Translations under genes and position numbers: made by a program
Assembly (NCBI GenBank): GCA_965644295.1
Contig: CBFFRP010000023.1
Location: 25,064-89,063, forward strand
Source: Paraphysomonas bandaiensis
Taxonomy: Eukaryota > Protista > Chrysophyceae
DNA length: 64,000 nt
Direction: 5' to 3'
In this document: piece by piece, positions 25,146 to 39,812 of the stretch
Position numbering within the stretch: position 1 is the first letter of the stretch
Layout of the letters: every line of letters begins with the position of its first letter
Notes under the pieces: generated by a model
Databases searched by the model: none
What the model was told of the DNA's origin: nothing
Seen by the model: the letters and a program-made list of their open reading frames with translations, nothing else

Positions 25146-28100
25146 TTAAGTGGAACTCCTAATTTTCTCTCCAAGATTTCTGTTTCTCTGCTCCATATAT
25201 GATAAACCGACCAATGACTTTGTATAAATATCTGCTGCTTGTTGCGATGTATGCACATGCACTAACTTAATCGAATTGAACTGATTGGGATCCACGTGCT
25301 CTCTCACTATGTAATACTTAATCTCAATGTGCTTCGACTTCTTGTGAAACATTGGGTTTTCGGCCCTAACCACCCTCTGCGCAAGATCCTCTGTCATCTT
25401 CTTTATGTCAGCAATGTGAATAGGAGTTTTATCCTCCACTTGAACCTGGTTACCAGTACAAGTATGATACTGTAAACTGTAGATGATTCACAGCAATATA
25501 GAGTGTTGTATGATTTCACGTTCTTTACACGTTTTAACGTAATTTTAATTCAATTTATACTCGCGGTTTGCTTGTGTTAGGAGGCAGTTTCACCGGTTTG
25601 GTGTTCTGGACAGTGTATTCTCGGTTTGGGAAACACTTTAAATTCAGAAAACGTTGTAAACACGGTCTTTCTCATCAGAAAGATTACTCGATCTGATTTG
25701 CTGGATTTATTTATTAGGGTTTTCGATCGAGAATTACTACGTTTGAGACCAACTGCTTTGAGTTCTATGTATTATTCAGTATACTTTTCGATGTCTGCAG
25801 CGTGAATGTAGTGTCACCGCTGTTGTCCACTAGACCACGGTACGCTGCGATTAGACCTTTTCTGAGCTTTATTTGAGTCGTTACATATGTTAATCCATTG
25901 TCTGGGTCTACATAATATGCAAGACCTATGAGATATTTGAAACTTTCTACTGTCCTGGAGATCTCATTCTCAATGAAGATCTCATTTACCGCCTTAAAAT
26001 ATCTCTTATCCGCTGGTGGAACACATTCGTTGAAAAATACATGTCCTGATATGTAGGACCATCCTCTCGATAGCCCATAAAATACCCAGTCCAGCTATGT
26101 CTGTCCCAGTTGTTCTTTCGGAGACTGGAGTCGATATTGACAAAGCATTTACATCCCCATATATTCTGGCATAACTCAAGTCTGGCACCTCATTTTCAAT
26201 AAATTGCAACGGAGACATAAATCCTTTTGCTGTCTGACAGGATGGTAGCCTGCTGTTCTTCATGTGTGTGGACGTCTTCATAGCTTGTTCCCAGAAATTT
26301 GCTGGAAGGCCGGAATCCATCAAGCTGCTGAGTTCTCGTTCTTTAATAGTCCTCCATGGGCGTTCCTGGAATGGGTTATCCACGGGTATAAGGGGAGTTG
26401 AAAGTTCACGTGTGGCCCCTATGGATCTCAGATATTCTAGTACTCTTCTTCTTGATACCAGTTCCTTCCCGCCGTCCGCATGATGATAATGTTGTTGTAG
26501 CCTTTTGCCCTTATACTATATGTAGATAAGCAACAACTTTCTGGATGGATTGGATGACAAAATCTTCATCTCTCGTTGGTCCGTATGAGTCCCACTGGTG
26601 CCTTGATGCTACATAGCAATCCCGAGTACGTAGTATCGGTTTCCGGTAACAATTGCATCGGGGGCATGCGACCCTGAGAAATCTGCTACTATGAGCTCCT
26701 CCAGCTCCTTCGCTCTTCTCATTCTTTTCAGCAACATTTGGCGGGTGGCGTTCCTGTGTTTACGTCTATGGGATTTTATCGCACGTCCATCACATAAAAA
26801 GCCAGAGGTAGAGATGCAATACCGCTTGATACCGGTTATTAGATGAGCTTTTATTGCCTTCTGTATGAGCCCTATATATGGAAGCATGGGCAAGTCTTTT
26901 ATGAGTTAAGACTGCAGATGGTCCAAAGGCAGTTGAGGCAAGAGGTGAGATTCGTCAATGGGAGTACCGAGGTCTGATAGTGGAATTTCGTATATAGGCC
27001 TCCAACTCGCTGGCCTTTGCCTATCAGTATGCCATCTTTGATTATCTTGACGGACTGGTTTCTGAATGTAATCTCATATCCAAGGTCGTCCAGTTGGCTA
27101 CTAATTAATAGAAACGAGTGTCCTAGAAGCTTGGTCCACGTGCTTGCACTTATAGGGATAATACCGAGTATTCCATGACCTGAAGAGGTCATAGTCGATC
27201 CTGACTTTTAGCTGTTTGAATATATCAGTAAGGCATTCCACACAATTGGTGAGGTATCCGGCTTCAGGTGTGATATTGAGACTGTGCAACCAGAATCAAG
27301 AGATCCCATTCCGGCTTTTTGATCACAAACGAAGTGTGATTCATCGCTCTTATATTGAGTATAAACAACTCCTCCATAATCTCTTTCTTTCTGCTGTCCT
27401 GAAGAAGGGCCACTGTCTTCATAATCTGCTAATTGGTCAGATTCGTCATTTTCAGTTCTCTGATGAGTCTGGAATCTAACTTTTTTGAATTTCTTACTGG
27501 TTGATTTGTTTCCAGAGGAATTCTTCATTTGTTGGATCCTTTCCAGGAGTGCTTGCATTTTGAAGCGATATGGCCTTTTCCTTCTCATCGGAAACACTTG
27601 ATATCTTTATCAGCTCTCTTGTCATGTTTGGGTTTCTGAAAGATGTCCCCTTTTTGCGCTTGTAATTCGCTTTATTTTTGAAGCTGCAAGCTGAATACTG
27701 TCGGTTTTTGTTTCGTCGTTGCTTGGAGGTTGATTGGGGTTAGGGTTAGGGTTAGGGTTAGTATTCCATGATCGTTCTGTAGAGTATAAACGATCTTCGG
27801 CTTGCGATAGAACCACGCACGGCACTTCTTCTGCCACCTGGAGAAGTTCTTCGCATCGAATTTCGGCATTGAGTCTTTCGCTTGTCGGTTGTCGGTTGTC
27901 GAATCCGAGTCGGTTGAATCGTAACTAGTAACTTTCACTGACATCTCGCTACCTAATAAAGAATTGATCTTAGTAATAGTAAAACAATGTTGTGATTATT
28001 AGAGTGTATATAAGTAATGAACACAGTGAAGTGAGAATAATGAATAACAATATAGAACATAACTATCATACACAACGGAATAGTTAGAAGTGTAACTGAT

Positions 28101-28235
28101 AATGACGACGTTATGATGACGATCATGTATCTTCAACAGATACTCTCTCTAATTCAGTTCATGATATATTCCATTGAACATTCTAACTCACAGATACAAT
28201 TTTGTATTAAGCTGATTCCTAATAGTATTCCAACA
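25146..28235 (-). mobile_element. Degenerate Ty1/copia retrotransposon: 5' LTR, gag, protease, integrase and RNase H remnants; RT and 3' LTR not visible
   Basis: LTR begins TGTTGGAATAC at 28235; PBS-like AGGTAGCGAG then ATG; gag PKFDAKNFSRW; LDSGC; SGLPANFWEQAMKT; ENPMFHKKSKHIEIKYY..REHV..ADIYTK; many frameshifts. Confidence 0.88.
27736..27761 (+). repeat. Interstitial (TTAGGG)n tract inside copia gag
   Basis: GGGGTTAGGGTTAGGGTTAGGGTTAG. Confidence 0.85.
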
Positions 28236-28302
28236 AATAATTGAAATTGAGACAGCAAGTAATTTTCTACAACCTGCGTCAATTAATTGATACGCAGCCC
28301 TG
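28236..28302. mobile_element. Right half of a hAT-type MITE, family B, abutting the copia LTR
   Basis: Ends CAATTAATTGATACGCAGCCCTG, identical to the 51834-51856 end; internal TTGAAATTGAGACA resembles TTGAAATTGGGACA at ~46252. Confidence 0.8.
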
Positions 28303-28609
28303 ATTGATGTGGGACGCTATGTAGCAAGAGTATTACGATATATTGTTCCCTAGCCCTGAAACTTTTTAAATAGTACACGATGTGGTCTTGTAGTGTGTAT
28401 TGTGTATGATATATTATGACATACTGCATACTGCAGAGGAGCTTTAAACTTCAACATGAAGTTCCGTGACATATATTGCCTCGTTAATAAAACAAATAGC
28501 CGCGTATGCAGAATTCTTTAATAGTTTATTCGCCTCATATATGTATTATTACAGCCAAAATAAAAGTACCCAATGGAATTAGGACAGCTCACACTTGGTG
28601 TTGATCCAG

Positions 28610-29889
28610 CTAGCCTACCGTTGCATTGCCCAAAGGGGCCTTACACACTCCATTTCCTATAGTAAGTACGGTTAAGACAAAATTCAATGTGAGATGTTTG
28701 GTACCAATTTTAAATACATGTGACGACCACATGGCGACTCCATCTTCAGAGGTGCGCATCTATACCACCACCGCCAAAATCAGAAAATATATAGCACAGT
28801 AACAGGTAATTCTTACGTCAGGCAGAATTTTCTCTAGAATCTTTTTCTTAGCCACAGCCGACGGCGCAGCTGGTTCTCCGTCAAATCCATCGAATGTGAC
28901 TCTGTCTCCAACTGCAGCATTCTCTGGGGGCTCAAGGAGCTTCACAACGGAATGGTCGACATTGCTTGCACACACAACCATTCCCTATAATAGAATTACA
29001 AAAACAAACCATTCAATACAATTAGTACCTGAGACTTAAAGCCAACCATTGTGCGGTCTTTGAGGTTCGCAAGCACAATAACTAGTCTACCTTCCATTTC
29101 CTCAGGCTTGTAGTGCGCCCGGAGGCCGGATGCAATCGAACGATGTCCAGTAGACTCGCCTAAGTCGATTTCTTCGCATAGCAACTTCTCAGCATCAGGA
29201 TGCTCCCAGCAACGCACAATGCGCCCTACTCGAAAGTCAAGCTTTGAGGGGTCTAGTTCACTTGAAGCAGGATTCGAGGGTGCTGGTTTCTTCTCCTTGG
29301 GTTTAGCGGCCTTCTCAGCCTTCGGCTTGGTAGTCTCCCCACCCTTAGAATTTGCCGCGACAGAAGAATTATCTACCGTCTTATCCTTCTTGACAACTTT
29401 CTTACCATCGGCTACAGACTTTTGGGCTGCTTCAGGTAGTGTATGCTTTCCGAGTACGGGGAAAAGAGTTGGTGAGATCTGGCGGCCAACCACACCTGTA
29501 CAACCAGTACAAAGACTGCTGATGTGTAAGACCCATCTGTAAACCTCGGGATAAGTAGGAATCTCCTTAATATGGACTTGTAAGCACTCAAACACCGCAA
29601 CATCTGCTACGGAGAATGCGGTGTTAACAAGATACGATCTTGTGCACAAGAAATGATTCAGAGTCTCCAGCACAGCTTGAATATTTTCCTTATTTTCAGA
29701 TATACGTTTCGAGAGTGAGAGCCACTGTGAAACCTCCGCATCAGAGGTGCAGTTATCTATTAGCTGAGGACAACTCTTTCTAATCTCAGCTTTGAGCTGA
29801 GTGTGCGGCTGGTGGCCATCACTCTCTATCTTGCCACACTGAATAAGAGCTAGTATTCTATTTATTCTCTCCATATCAGAGTTTTGCAT
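28610..29889 (-). CDS. Arc1p/AIMP1-like aminoacyl-tRNA synthetase cofactor (GST-C + tRNA-binding OB fold), 4 exons
   Basis: RSYLVNTAFSVADVAVF; KLDFRVGRI..HPDAEKLLCEEIDLGE..RSIASGL..NLKDRTMVGFKSQ/GMVVCAS. Confidence 0.88.
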
Positions 29890-30260
29890 AATGTGTTTGC
29901 TAATATATGCCAGCAATGATCAGTGTCGGTGTCATATATATGTATGTATGTCTGTAGCCTTACGACATGTATGTATGTATGTATGTATGTATGTAGAGGT
30001 ACACGTCGAAGATGGTATTGTGTGGCTGGACTATTCCTCACGATATGATTGGCTGCTTTCGTTTACTATAAAACTCTATGAAATATCTCCTTAACTTGAT
30101 TAAAACCCCGCAATTATTGGGGTTTTAAGTTCGAAATATCGAGGTATTGCTAACTATAGCGCTTTTTTTACATATAGATCACCAGAAACGGCCCATGTAT
30201 GTACAGTAGGTAGATGTATGCATGTATGTATCTGTAGTTTGTGTGTCGTTATCGTTACTG

Positions 30261-30966
30261 ATGGTGGCACAGATCCACACCGAGCAGTTCCCTCGAAAAA
30301 GTAAGTTCTATTGACTATTAAATAAGAGTGATTATTCGACTCTTTGTGAGGGGATTATATTACAATGGAGAGGATGGAGCCTAAAAGACAGCCGACATCT
30401 CCTATTCCCCTTATTCACACTAGAAATTATGCCAATCCATCTAAATCGGGGGGATATTACAAACAACCATCACTCGAACACCTTCCTGGGAGGTCATCAA
30501 TACCGAACTCACTTTTGTTGATTGACTCCAAAGATAAATATCACGTGAGGGAAGGGTTTGGTGCATCTGCACCACAAAAGAAGAAGCTAGAGCCACCAAA
30601 GCTCCTTGCGGCAAATGCCATGTTTGTCGAACCTTATGTGGAGCCTCCTACTCCAGTAGAGGACGCTGAAACCCAAACAGAGCCACAAATCTTCTTTAAA
30701 AAGGAAATGGAATCAATGAACGATTATCAGGAGTGGATTTCACAGAAGGTGGACCCTATCACAAAGGTACTGATGCCATATTATTCACTCTGATTAACTC
30801 TAACTCATTAACTTAGAAAATACGACTGGCATTGATTCAATCGAAACCGGAAGATATCCCGGAATTTTTGCAGGCATATATGATGTCACTTATTAATGAT
30901 ACAGCCCCTCCTTCGACAATCGATAGAGATGACTATCGGAGGGAACAGCGTAATGCCCATAAGTAG
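30261..30966 (+). CDS. Hypothetical protein with C-terminal Dpy-30/RIIa-like dimerisation motif, 3 exons
   Basis: Spliced WISQKVDPITK/KIRLALIQSKPEDIPEFLQAY; introns at 30301-30350 and ~30766-30816. Confidence 0.55.
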
Positions 30967-31459
30967 AACTATATAGCATGTATGTACAGTGTTATCAGTT
31001 TAATGTGTGTGATAGTGTAATATAATAGAAGCAATAAGTTATAACCCAATCACCAGTTAAATTATGCCGTACGAATAATAGAACTGTATTATAACTGGAC
31101 GTATTGTCACTTATCTGTATCAGGACTAGGGAACAATATGTTGTAAAATATATTGATTGGTCGAGTAGAAAACTTTTCCATCAATAGTGTTACTGTTAAG
31201 CTAGCTCACAATATATTGCAATCAATATATCATGGTGTATAGTAACTACGTAACTACTACACACCAAACCCTTGTTATTTCATATATATCAGTGCTAGGG
31301 AACAAAACATTGCAATACTATTGTTAGACAACGCCCCAAACTTAATATTATAATAAGTTTTAAACAAAATATAAAATGTGTATTTAATTACTGATTAATG
31401 ATTCTAATATTATAAAAAGTATTATAATATTAAGTTTGGTGTTTGGAGTTTGGGGCCCT

Positions 31460-31633
31460 CAACAAAGTCGGACTCGTGGTGTCCTGGGGGTAAGTACCAG
31501 GTATTCATTTATGAAACTAAAGTGAGCCGCAAACGTAGACAGCAGATATTGTTTTACCTACGCAAAGCCGAATGCTTGTGTGGTACAAGGAATACCAACA
31601 TAAGTGTCTCATGTATAGACGTCTTTGGGCCTT
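31460..31633 (+). repeat. 5' part of the dispersed solo-LTR-like repeat
   Basis: AGCCGAATGCTTGTGTGGTACAAGG and GACGTCTTTGGGCC are shared with copy 2. Confidence 0.8.
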
Positions 31634-32423
31634 TACTTGAATCCTGAAATGCTTGACTTAAATTTTCCGTTTGTTACTACTAAGCTAAAACGTTCCAAAT
31701 ATAGTCGTTATTTTAAAATTACTACTAAATAGAATTATTGCACACGTACTGAGCAAGTTTCTATATGTAGCTCAATGATTCCAGTGAGGTCCCTTATGTA
31801 TATATTTAGAGAATCGTATAGAATATTTATATATTTAGTAGGAATATTTATCAGGCTTTGCAGCCATTTTAAATTTAATAAAAACGTTGACGAAATTTAG
31901 TATCAACTAATAGTACCTTTTAGTTTGGTAGAAGCGTCGATAAAGCTTAGTAAGGACTAGTATATATTATTTGTTGAACAAGCAGTATTAGCAGCTAACG
32001 TAGAGTTATACACGTACGTAGTTTAGTATCAAATAATTGAAGCAGCAAAAGGTAATTATATTATGTATGTTGTGCGGGAGATCCCTTAATAATCAAGCGC
32101 AAACCCAATATCGCTTGTGAGGTATGTAAAATACATTTATATCTCTCTACATAACTTAATTATGTGCTCAGGGAACATTAATGTGAAGCACATGTTGATC
32201 TCCATCAAGAATCACAATGCAGCGAGGTCCCTCATCAACTTGAACCCACCGATGTCATGGTCCTTTGGAAGCTATGGAATTGCACCGGACATGGTCACGA
32301 GAAACTGTCCAATTCTCATTGGAATGTAACGTTATAATGTTATGTATTGCATGTATACAATATCTACATTTATCAATTGATGGCTAGAGTATGCTCCCAT
32401 GTTTGAATGAAAATTTTTATTTT

Positions 32424-32575
32424 TGACTAGGTGAATACCATAAAACCTAGTCATTATAAACTGAAAAAATGAATTATTAAATGACTAGGTTTTTCAACCG
32501 CTTGACTAGGTTTTACACCAATTTTGGTGTGACTAGGAAATTACACCAATTTGACTAGGTTTAATAATAGACCCC
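32424..32575 (-). mobile_element. GGGGTC-ended DNA element terminus with repeated subterminal CCTAGTCA motifs
   Basis: About six TGACTAGG/CCTAGTCA motifs ending AATAGACCCC; second copy at 15627. Confidence 0.55.
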
Positions 32576-32659
32576 GCTTGGATTAATGAACGATTAAATT
32601 TTACGCAGCCCTAGTAATTTTATCTATTGATTTAAAGTTTAAAGTTTAAAGTGCCAAGT

Positions 32660-32766
32660 CAGGCAATGTATTGCACCTTGGTGCTAGCGGTGATGACAAG
32701 CAGCTTTCGTAGGGTTAATAAAAGTAAGTTATCAGAGTTCAGTACTAGTTAGTTAAACGCCTATTA
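32660..32766 (+). repeat. 3' part of the dispersed solo-LTR-like repeat
   Basis: TTGCACCTTGGTGCTAGCGGTGA..ACAAGCAGCTTTCGTAG..AACGCCTATT. Confidence 0.7.
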
Positions 32767-33029
32767 AAGCATTAAAATAACAATAGACAAGAGTATTGCA
32801 ATATATGTTCCCGAACCCTGAAGCGAACTTATGACATATCCATGCTTGAAATATAACAGTATGTTTCTACAACATATTTGTAGTTAACAGTCCTTCAACC
32901 TTGATAAAATCAATCATCAAACAGTATTGCATTGTATCGTTATCACATTATATTACATTTTCGATCTACATCAACTCCTGAGATACAGCACAACATGTGC
33001 CACATCCATCTATTCAAACTATCACACGA

Positions 33030-34727
<1,698 letters not shown>

Positions 34728-34773
34728 TTAAATATACGAGGTTAGGCTCGTATGTACTGTATGTGGATGCATG

Positions 34774-34776
<3 letters not shown>

Positions 34777-34805
<29 letters not shown>

Positions 34806-35416
34806 TGTATGTATGTATGTATGTATGTATGTATGTATGTATGTATGTATGTATGTATGTATGTATGTATGTATGTATGTATGTATGTATGTATGTATGT
34901 ATGTATGTATGTATGTATGTATGTATGTATGTATGTATGTATGTATTTATGTATGATTGTATGTATGTATGTATGTATGTATGTATGTATGTATGTATGT
35001 ATGTATGTATGTATGTATGTATGTATGTATGCATGTATGTATGTATGTATGTATGTATGTATGTATGTATGTATGTATGTATGTATGTATGTATGTATGT
35101 ATGTATGTATGTATGTATGTATGTATGTATGTATGTATGTATGTATGTATGTATGTATGTATGTATGTATGTATGTATGTATGTATGTATGCATGTATGT
35201 ATGCATGTATGTATGCATGTATGTATGTATGTATGTATGTATGTATGTATGTATGTATGTATGTATGTATGTATGTATGTATGTATGTATGTATGTATGT
35301 ATGTATGTATGTATGTATGTATGTATGTATGTATGTATGTATGCATGTATGTATGTATGTATGTATGTATGTATGTATGTATGTATGTATGTATGTATGT
35401 ATGTATGTATGTATGT
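34777..35416. repeat. ~640-bp (ATGT)n microsatellite in a divergent promoter
   Basis: Read directly, with occasional ATGC variants; lies between katanin (-) and the hydrolase gene (+). Confidence 0.98.
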
Positions 35417-35536
35417 ACAGTATGTATAGGTAGGTAGGTACGTATGAGGCAGGCGTTTTTCTTTGCTTGTCCATGCAATTGTTGTGGAGGTTGTCGTGGA
35501 TTTATTGACAACTGCTATCGACATACTCTGCTTGCC

Positions 35537-36491
35537 ATGGCTGCATTTCTTGAAAATGATGATGCAAGTGACATACCGCAGATGGTCCATGACGTCGGAG
35601 GTATGAGCTATTATGACCGACCTCAGATTGATTCATCTTCGACGTCAAACTTGACGGAACCATTAGTTCTTATTCATGGATGGTACTGCAATGCCTTCAT
35701 TTGATGTGACTAACCTCTCATTCATTAGGCTTCACTCCTGGAAAGTTTGGTGTCCACTTTTGAAGGAGATGAAAACTCAACGCCGTATAATTGCCATAAC
35801 TCTTCGTGGATGGGGCGATTCAGCCAAATCTGGGCCGTATACAATTGATTCATACTCGAATGATGTTGCATATATACTGAAGCAGCTAGGGATTACGCGT
35901 TGTGTAATAGCTGGTCATGGAATGGGGGCACTTGTGGCCACCGTGTATGCTGCTCGCAGTAGTGAGAATGTGTCGGGGCTGATCCTTTGCAGTGCTACAT
36001 CCAAGATACCTCCACAGCATAGACCTAATCCTCCTGAAGGATTATCATTGCAATTATTAAACGACAAACTGTATGAATTATGTCCTAAAAGTTCTGATGA
36101 AATGTCAAACGATGTTAGAGATGTACTGTACTCAATCCAGTGCGATAGTCTGAAGCCGTTTATCGAAACTGACAGAATACCATCAGAATTAAGTAATATT
36201 ACTGTGGAGGAGACTCATAAAGCGTCACCACATGCAGTGCGTGAGTGCTTCCATAGTATGCTATTACAGGACTATTCAATAAACTTCGAAAAGATAACAT
36301 GCCCTGTGCTCGTCATATGGGGAACTGAAGACTGTTGGTTTGATGGCGAGCAACAAGATAAACTGAGGGGTGACCTTTGTAATGCAATATCTATTTCCTT
36401 TAAGGAGATTGTAGGGGGTTCACATGCTATAATTTGCACCCACGCAAGTGAGTGTGCAGATCTCTTGGACGACTGGATAGATTGTGAGTAA
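35537..36491 (+). CDS. Alpha/beta-hydrolase fold protein with Gly at the nucleophile position, 2 exons
   Basis: LVLIHGW/LHSWKVW, LRGWGDS, VIAGHGMGA, CPVLVIWGTED, GGSH. Confidence 0.8.
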
Positions 36492-36763
36492 TAAAGTTTT
36501 AGTTGTGATTGTGCACGTCTTGGACAACTTCGAGTCACCAAGTAGGACATGGTTATTGGAGTACAGTGGTTTATACTGCCTAGTGGAATATGTGTGACTA
36601 TTTAAGCCTTTGTAGTCTTTATTTAATATATATGTTGATATGCTATGATGAAAAAACTGATTCAACCTGCTGTATCAGTGTTTAAGATATGCACATGTTT
36701 CGCGTCATCTTTCTATGGCATACCAGTTTTTTTTTTGCGAAGTACATTTCGCTTACACACTTG

Positions 36764-36934
36764 TGTACTATAAGAATATTATTTCAAAATATTTATTCTC
36801 TGCCTTTGTTTTAAGCTTCCGCTTATGATATTAAGTTTTCAACTGCGTCTGTACTATAAGAATATTATTTCAAAATTTTTTTCTCTGCCTTTGTTTTAAG
36901 CTTCCGCTTATGATATTAAGTTTTCAACTGCGTC
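36764..36934. repeat. Tandem duplication, 86/85-bp units
   Basis: TGTACTATAAGAATATT...TTTTCAACTGCGTC occurs twice. Confidence 0.92.
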
Positions 36935-37360
36935 ACTACTCGTTGAAAACGATATGACTTATGACACTTGGGCTGAAAGATGAAGACATTAAAGGTAACG
37001 ACCTTATCAGATAAACTTACTGGTCGTTGCATGTGATGACCTTACTTTGTTATGGACTACAAGCTACATTTTGAAATCTCTATGTGGGTGAGTGAACGTC
37101 GAGTTTTACTAAGTACTAAGTACTACATACGTACATACATACATACTATCTGCTATCTGTGCCATCAGAGATATTCTCCTGTATCCTGCAAAGGCTATAT
37201 TCGTTTCGAGTGACTGAACCCTAAAAAGACGGTCATCAAACATCACTACCAGCAGTGCTATATTATATATAATCAGATCACTATCACGCAGTATTATAGC
37301 TATGACAATTCGAGTGCATTACTCAATGCTATATTATATGAAATATATAGATTCAGATCA

Positions 37361-38254
37361 CTATCGCGCAGTATTATAGCTATGACAATTTGAGCACTCT
37401 ATTCCTAGAAAGTGGAAAGTTCCATCCCCTTTGTGTCCACAATCGTAACATATATATTGCACAGGTATAACCTGCTCCATGGGCTGTGCAGCGATGCTCC
37501 GTCTGATATCTTCCCATACATGCTCCATATCTGCCATGCTGCGCCGACATGACGGACATCGATATTCTCCTGCCCGGAGAGATTTGTTAAAACAAGGTGT
37601 ATGGACGATATGGCGACAAGGAAGAGGTGTAGATGTACTTTGCGCAGTGTGGATCTTTTCGTGACAAATTGGGCAGTCCTCCTCATCCATTGGCCGAAAT
37701 ACACACACGTGGTGCGAGCGCGATGACAACATAAAACATCCATTGCACGTAGAACAGTGAAAGTGCTCATCTCCTTTCCCGACTCGACAAAGCCCACAGT
37801 CATTGCAATGGAATATTTCTTTCACTGTCCATATATTACATATCGCACAGAAACTGTTGCTGAACTCAACCTTGCACTGAATGCACGACCGAGCAGGTTC
37901 CTGATGCACGCCGCAATCATCACAAACAATTTCAGTTATTTTAGGAGCAGCACAGGAAGTGCTTCTCTCCTTGTGACACCTGTGGCACTGGTCTCTGCGC
38001 TGACAACAGTCGAAGTAAAACTTAGAGCACTTTTTTTCATAATGCGGGCACTGATAGTCGCACTCTTTCTCTTGGGAGTCACCACTGGTACTAGAATCTA
38101 CCGTATTCCCTGATAGTATTCTCTGAATGAGCTTCTGTTTCTCTTCAGGTGTTTTGGACGAATCGCGCATTATAGCACGGATTAATATACTCTTGTCCTG
38201 ACCAGCTGCGCACTCTGATTCATTCAGAGGATCGCTGTTTCCAAAGAAATCCAT
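37361..38254 (-). CDS. RCHY1: RING finger and CHY zinc finger E3 ligase (Pirh2)
   Basis: CPHY CHY domain, FHCNDCGLCRVG, RING CPIC..CRH..CPSC, C-terminal FHFLGIECSNCHSYNT. Confidence 0.92.
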   Translation of the reverse strand: MDFFGNSDPLNESECAAGQDKSILIRAIMRDSSKTPEEKQKLIQRILSGNTVDSSTSGDSQEKECDYQCPHYEKKCSKFYFDCCQRRDQCHRCHKERSTSCAAPKITEIVCDDCGVHQEPARSCIQCKVEFSNSFCAICNIWTVKEIFHCNDCGLCRVGKGDEHFHCSTCNGCFMLSSRSHHVCVFRPMDEEDCPICHEKIHTAQSTSTPLPCRHIVHTPCFNKSLRAGEYRCPSCRRSMADMEHVWEDIRRSIAAQPMEQVIPVQYICYDCGHKGDGTFHFLGIECSNCHSYNTAR

Positions 38255-38620
38255 AGTACGTTACAAAAGAAATCTAAACTACTTCGTTTGTTAAGGTGCT
38301 TACAATGACACATACACAGTACACTACGCTGCCCTGCCTCCAGCAGTACTGATACAATGTACACGGTATATCAGCCACTCGTGTACACTAAAATGTTCGA
38401 TTTTATATTATTATGACTGATTTTTATGAGAATATAAGTTCTAAATATCTGATTTTCAGAGTGTAAAGTTCTACTTTTGCAACCAAATGTATGGTGAATT
38501 CCGCCATAAACATACTGCCTATAGGCAGGAAGTGTGGAGTAGATACATGCATGATACGCACAGTGCGTGTAGATCTACCTCGTCACTACCAGTACATAGT
38601 TATATCAAGTACTGAGAGCA

Positions 38621-39677
38621 ATGAAAGGGTGTTTTGTCGGCTCAGGTTCAGAGGGTTTACAACAACCTGAAGTGTGTTCGACACTGATTGATTTGACCGG
38701 AAAGGACCCGAAGGATGTGGTGGTGCTGTATATAGGCACAGCTACATACGATCTCACTGGACCCAAGAAAAACCAAACAGTTCGATTCATAGAAGGTTAG
38801 AGGATAGTTTATATGACATGAATAATATGATCGGTTTACTTGACAGCTGGCTGTACTGTGGTGGAGATAAAGTGTGCGCATAAGGGAGACACCACCTCAT
38901 ATGCTGACATGGAAAACAACTGCCGAATGGCAGATATCATTATTGTATCCGGAGGGAATACTCTATATGCAATTGACAAGTGGCACTCTGTTGGATTGGC
39001 TCCATTATTAGTGTCTGCAGCTAAACGTGGGGCGGTTTTATCTGGAGGTAGCGCAGGTGCTATCTGCTGGTTTGATGCTGGACACAGCGACTCTGGTGAC
39101 CCCGACACTTATAAAGATGCCATGATGAGGGAGGCTGCTGGTGCAGTTGAGGGGACTGATGAATCCAGTGATGCCCCCGCAGATGGGGCCAATGTCAAGT
39201 CCTGGGTTTATATGAGGGTTCCTTGTCTTGGTCTATTTCCTGGACTTGTCTGTCCTCATGCTGACAAGGTATGTAGTAGCAAAGCTCAGTTCTTCATAGT
39301 TGCACATATTCTTTATAACATATGCATAGGTGCAATCTAATGGCGTACTGAGAGCGACTGATTTCGATGAGATGATGCTTCGACACCCAGGGGAGAGAGG
39401 TCTGTGTATCGACCACTTTGCTGCGCTGGTGGTGGAGGGTGAGGACTATCGCGTGCTTTCTCTCCCAGGACGACCGGGATCCGTGCTACCCGATGAGTCG
39501 TTTTCATCTTCTCGAGAAGGCGTACCTGGAATGTGGAGGAAGGATGTTGTGGATGGTTGTGTAGTTACCACACTTGTACCGTGGACTGGGAAGTTATGTG
39601 ACCTTCTCAAACCAGCTCAGAGTATTACTGAAGATTCTCGTTTGGAAGAATGTCGGGCTGCGAACCCTATTGATTAA
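38621..39677 (+). CDS. Peptidase S51 family (dipeptidase E/cyanophycinase-like), 3 exons
   Basis: VLYIGTATYD, ADIIIVSGGNT, nucleophile motif GGSAGA, CPH. Confidence 0.85.
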
Positions 39678-39812
39678 TTAACCATTTAAATCTTAAACAA
39701 GATGAAATTTAATATGGCACACGATGTATAACACGACTAAGTTTTACTTTCTACATACAAACTGTAAAAAAGGAAAAGTAATCTATAGCCCTGGTAGATA
39801 CGTAGATACCAA

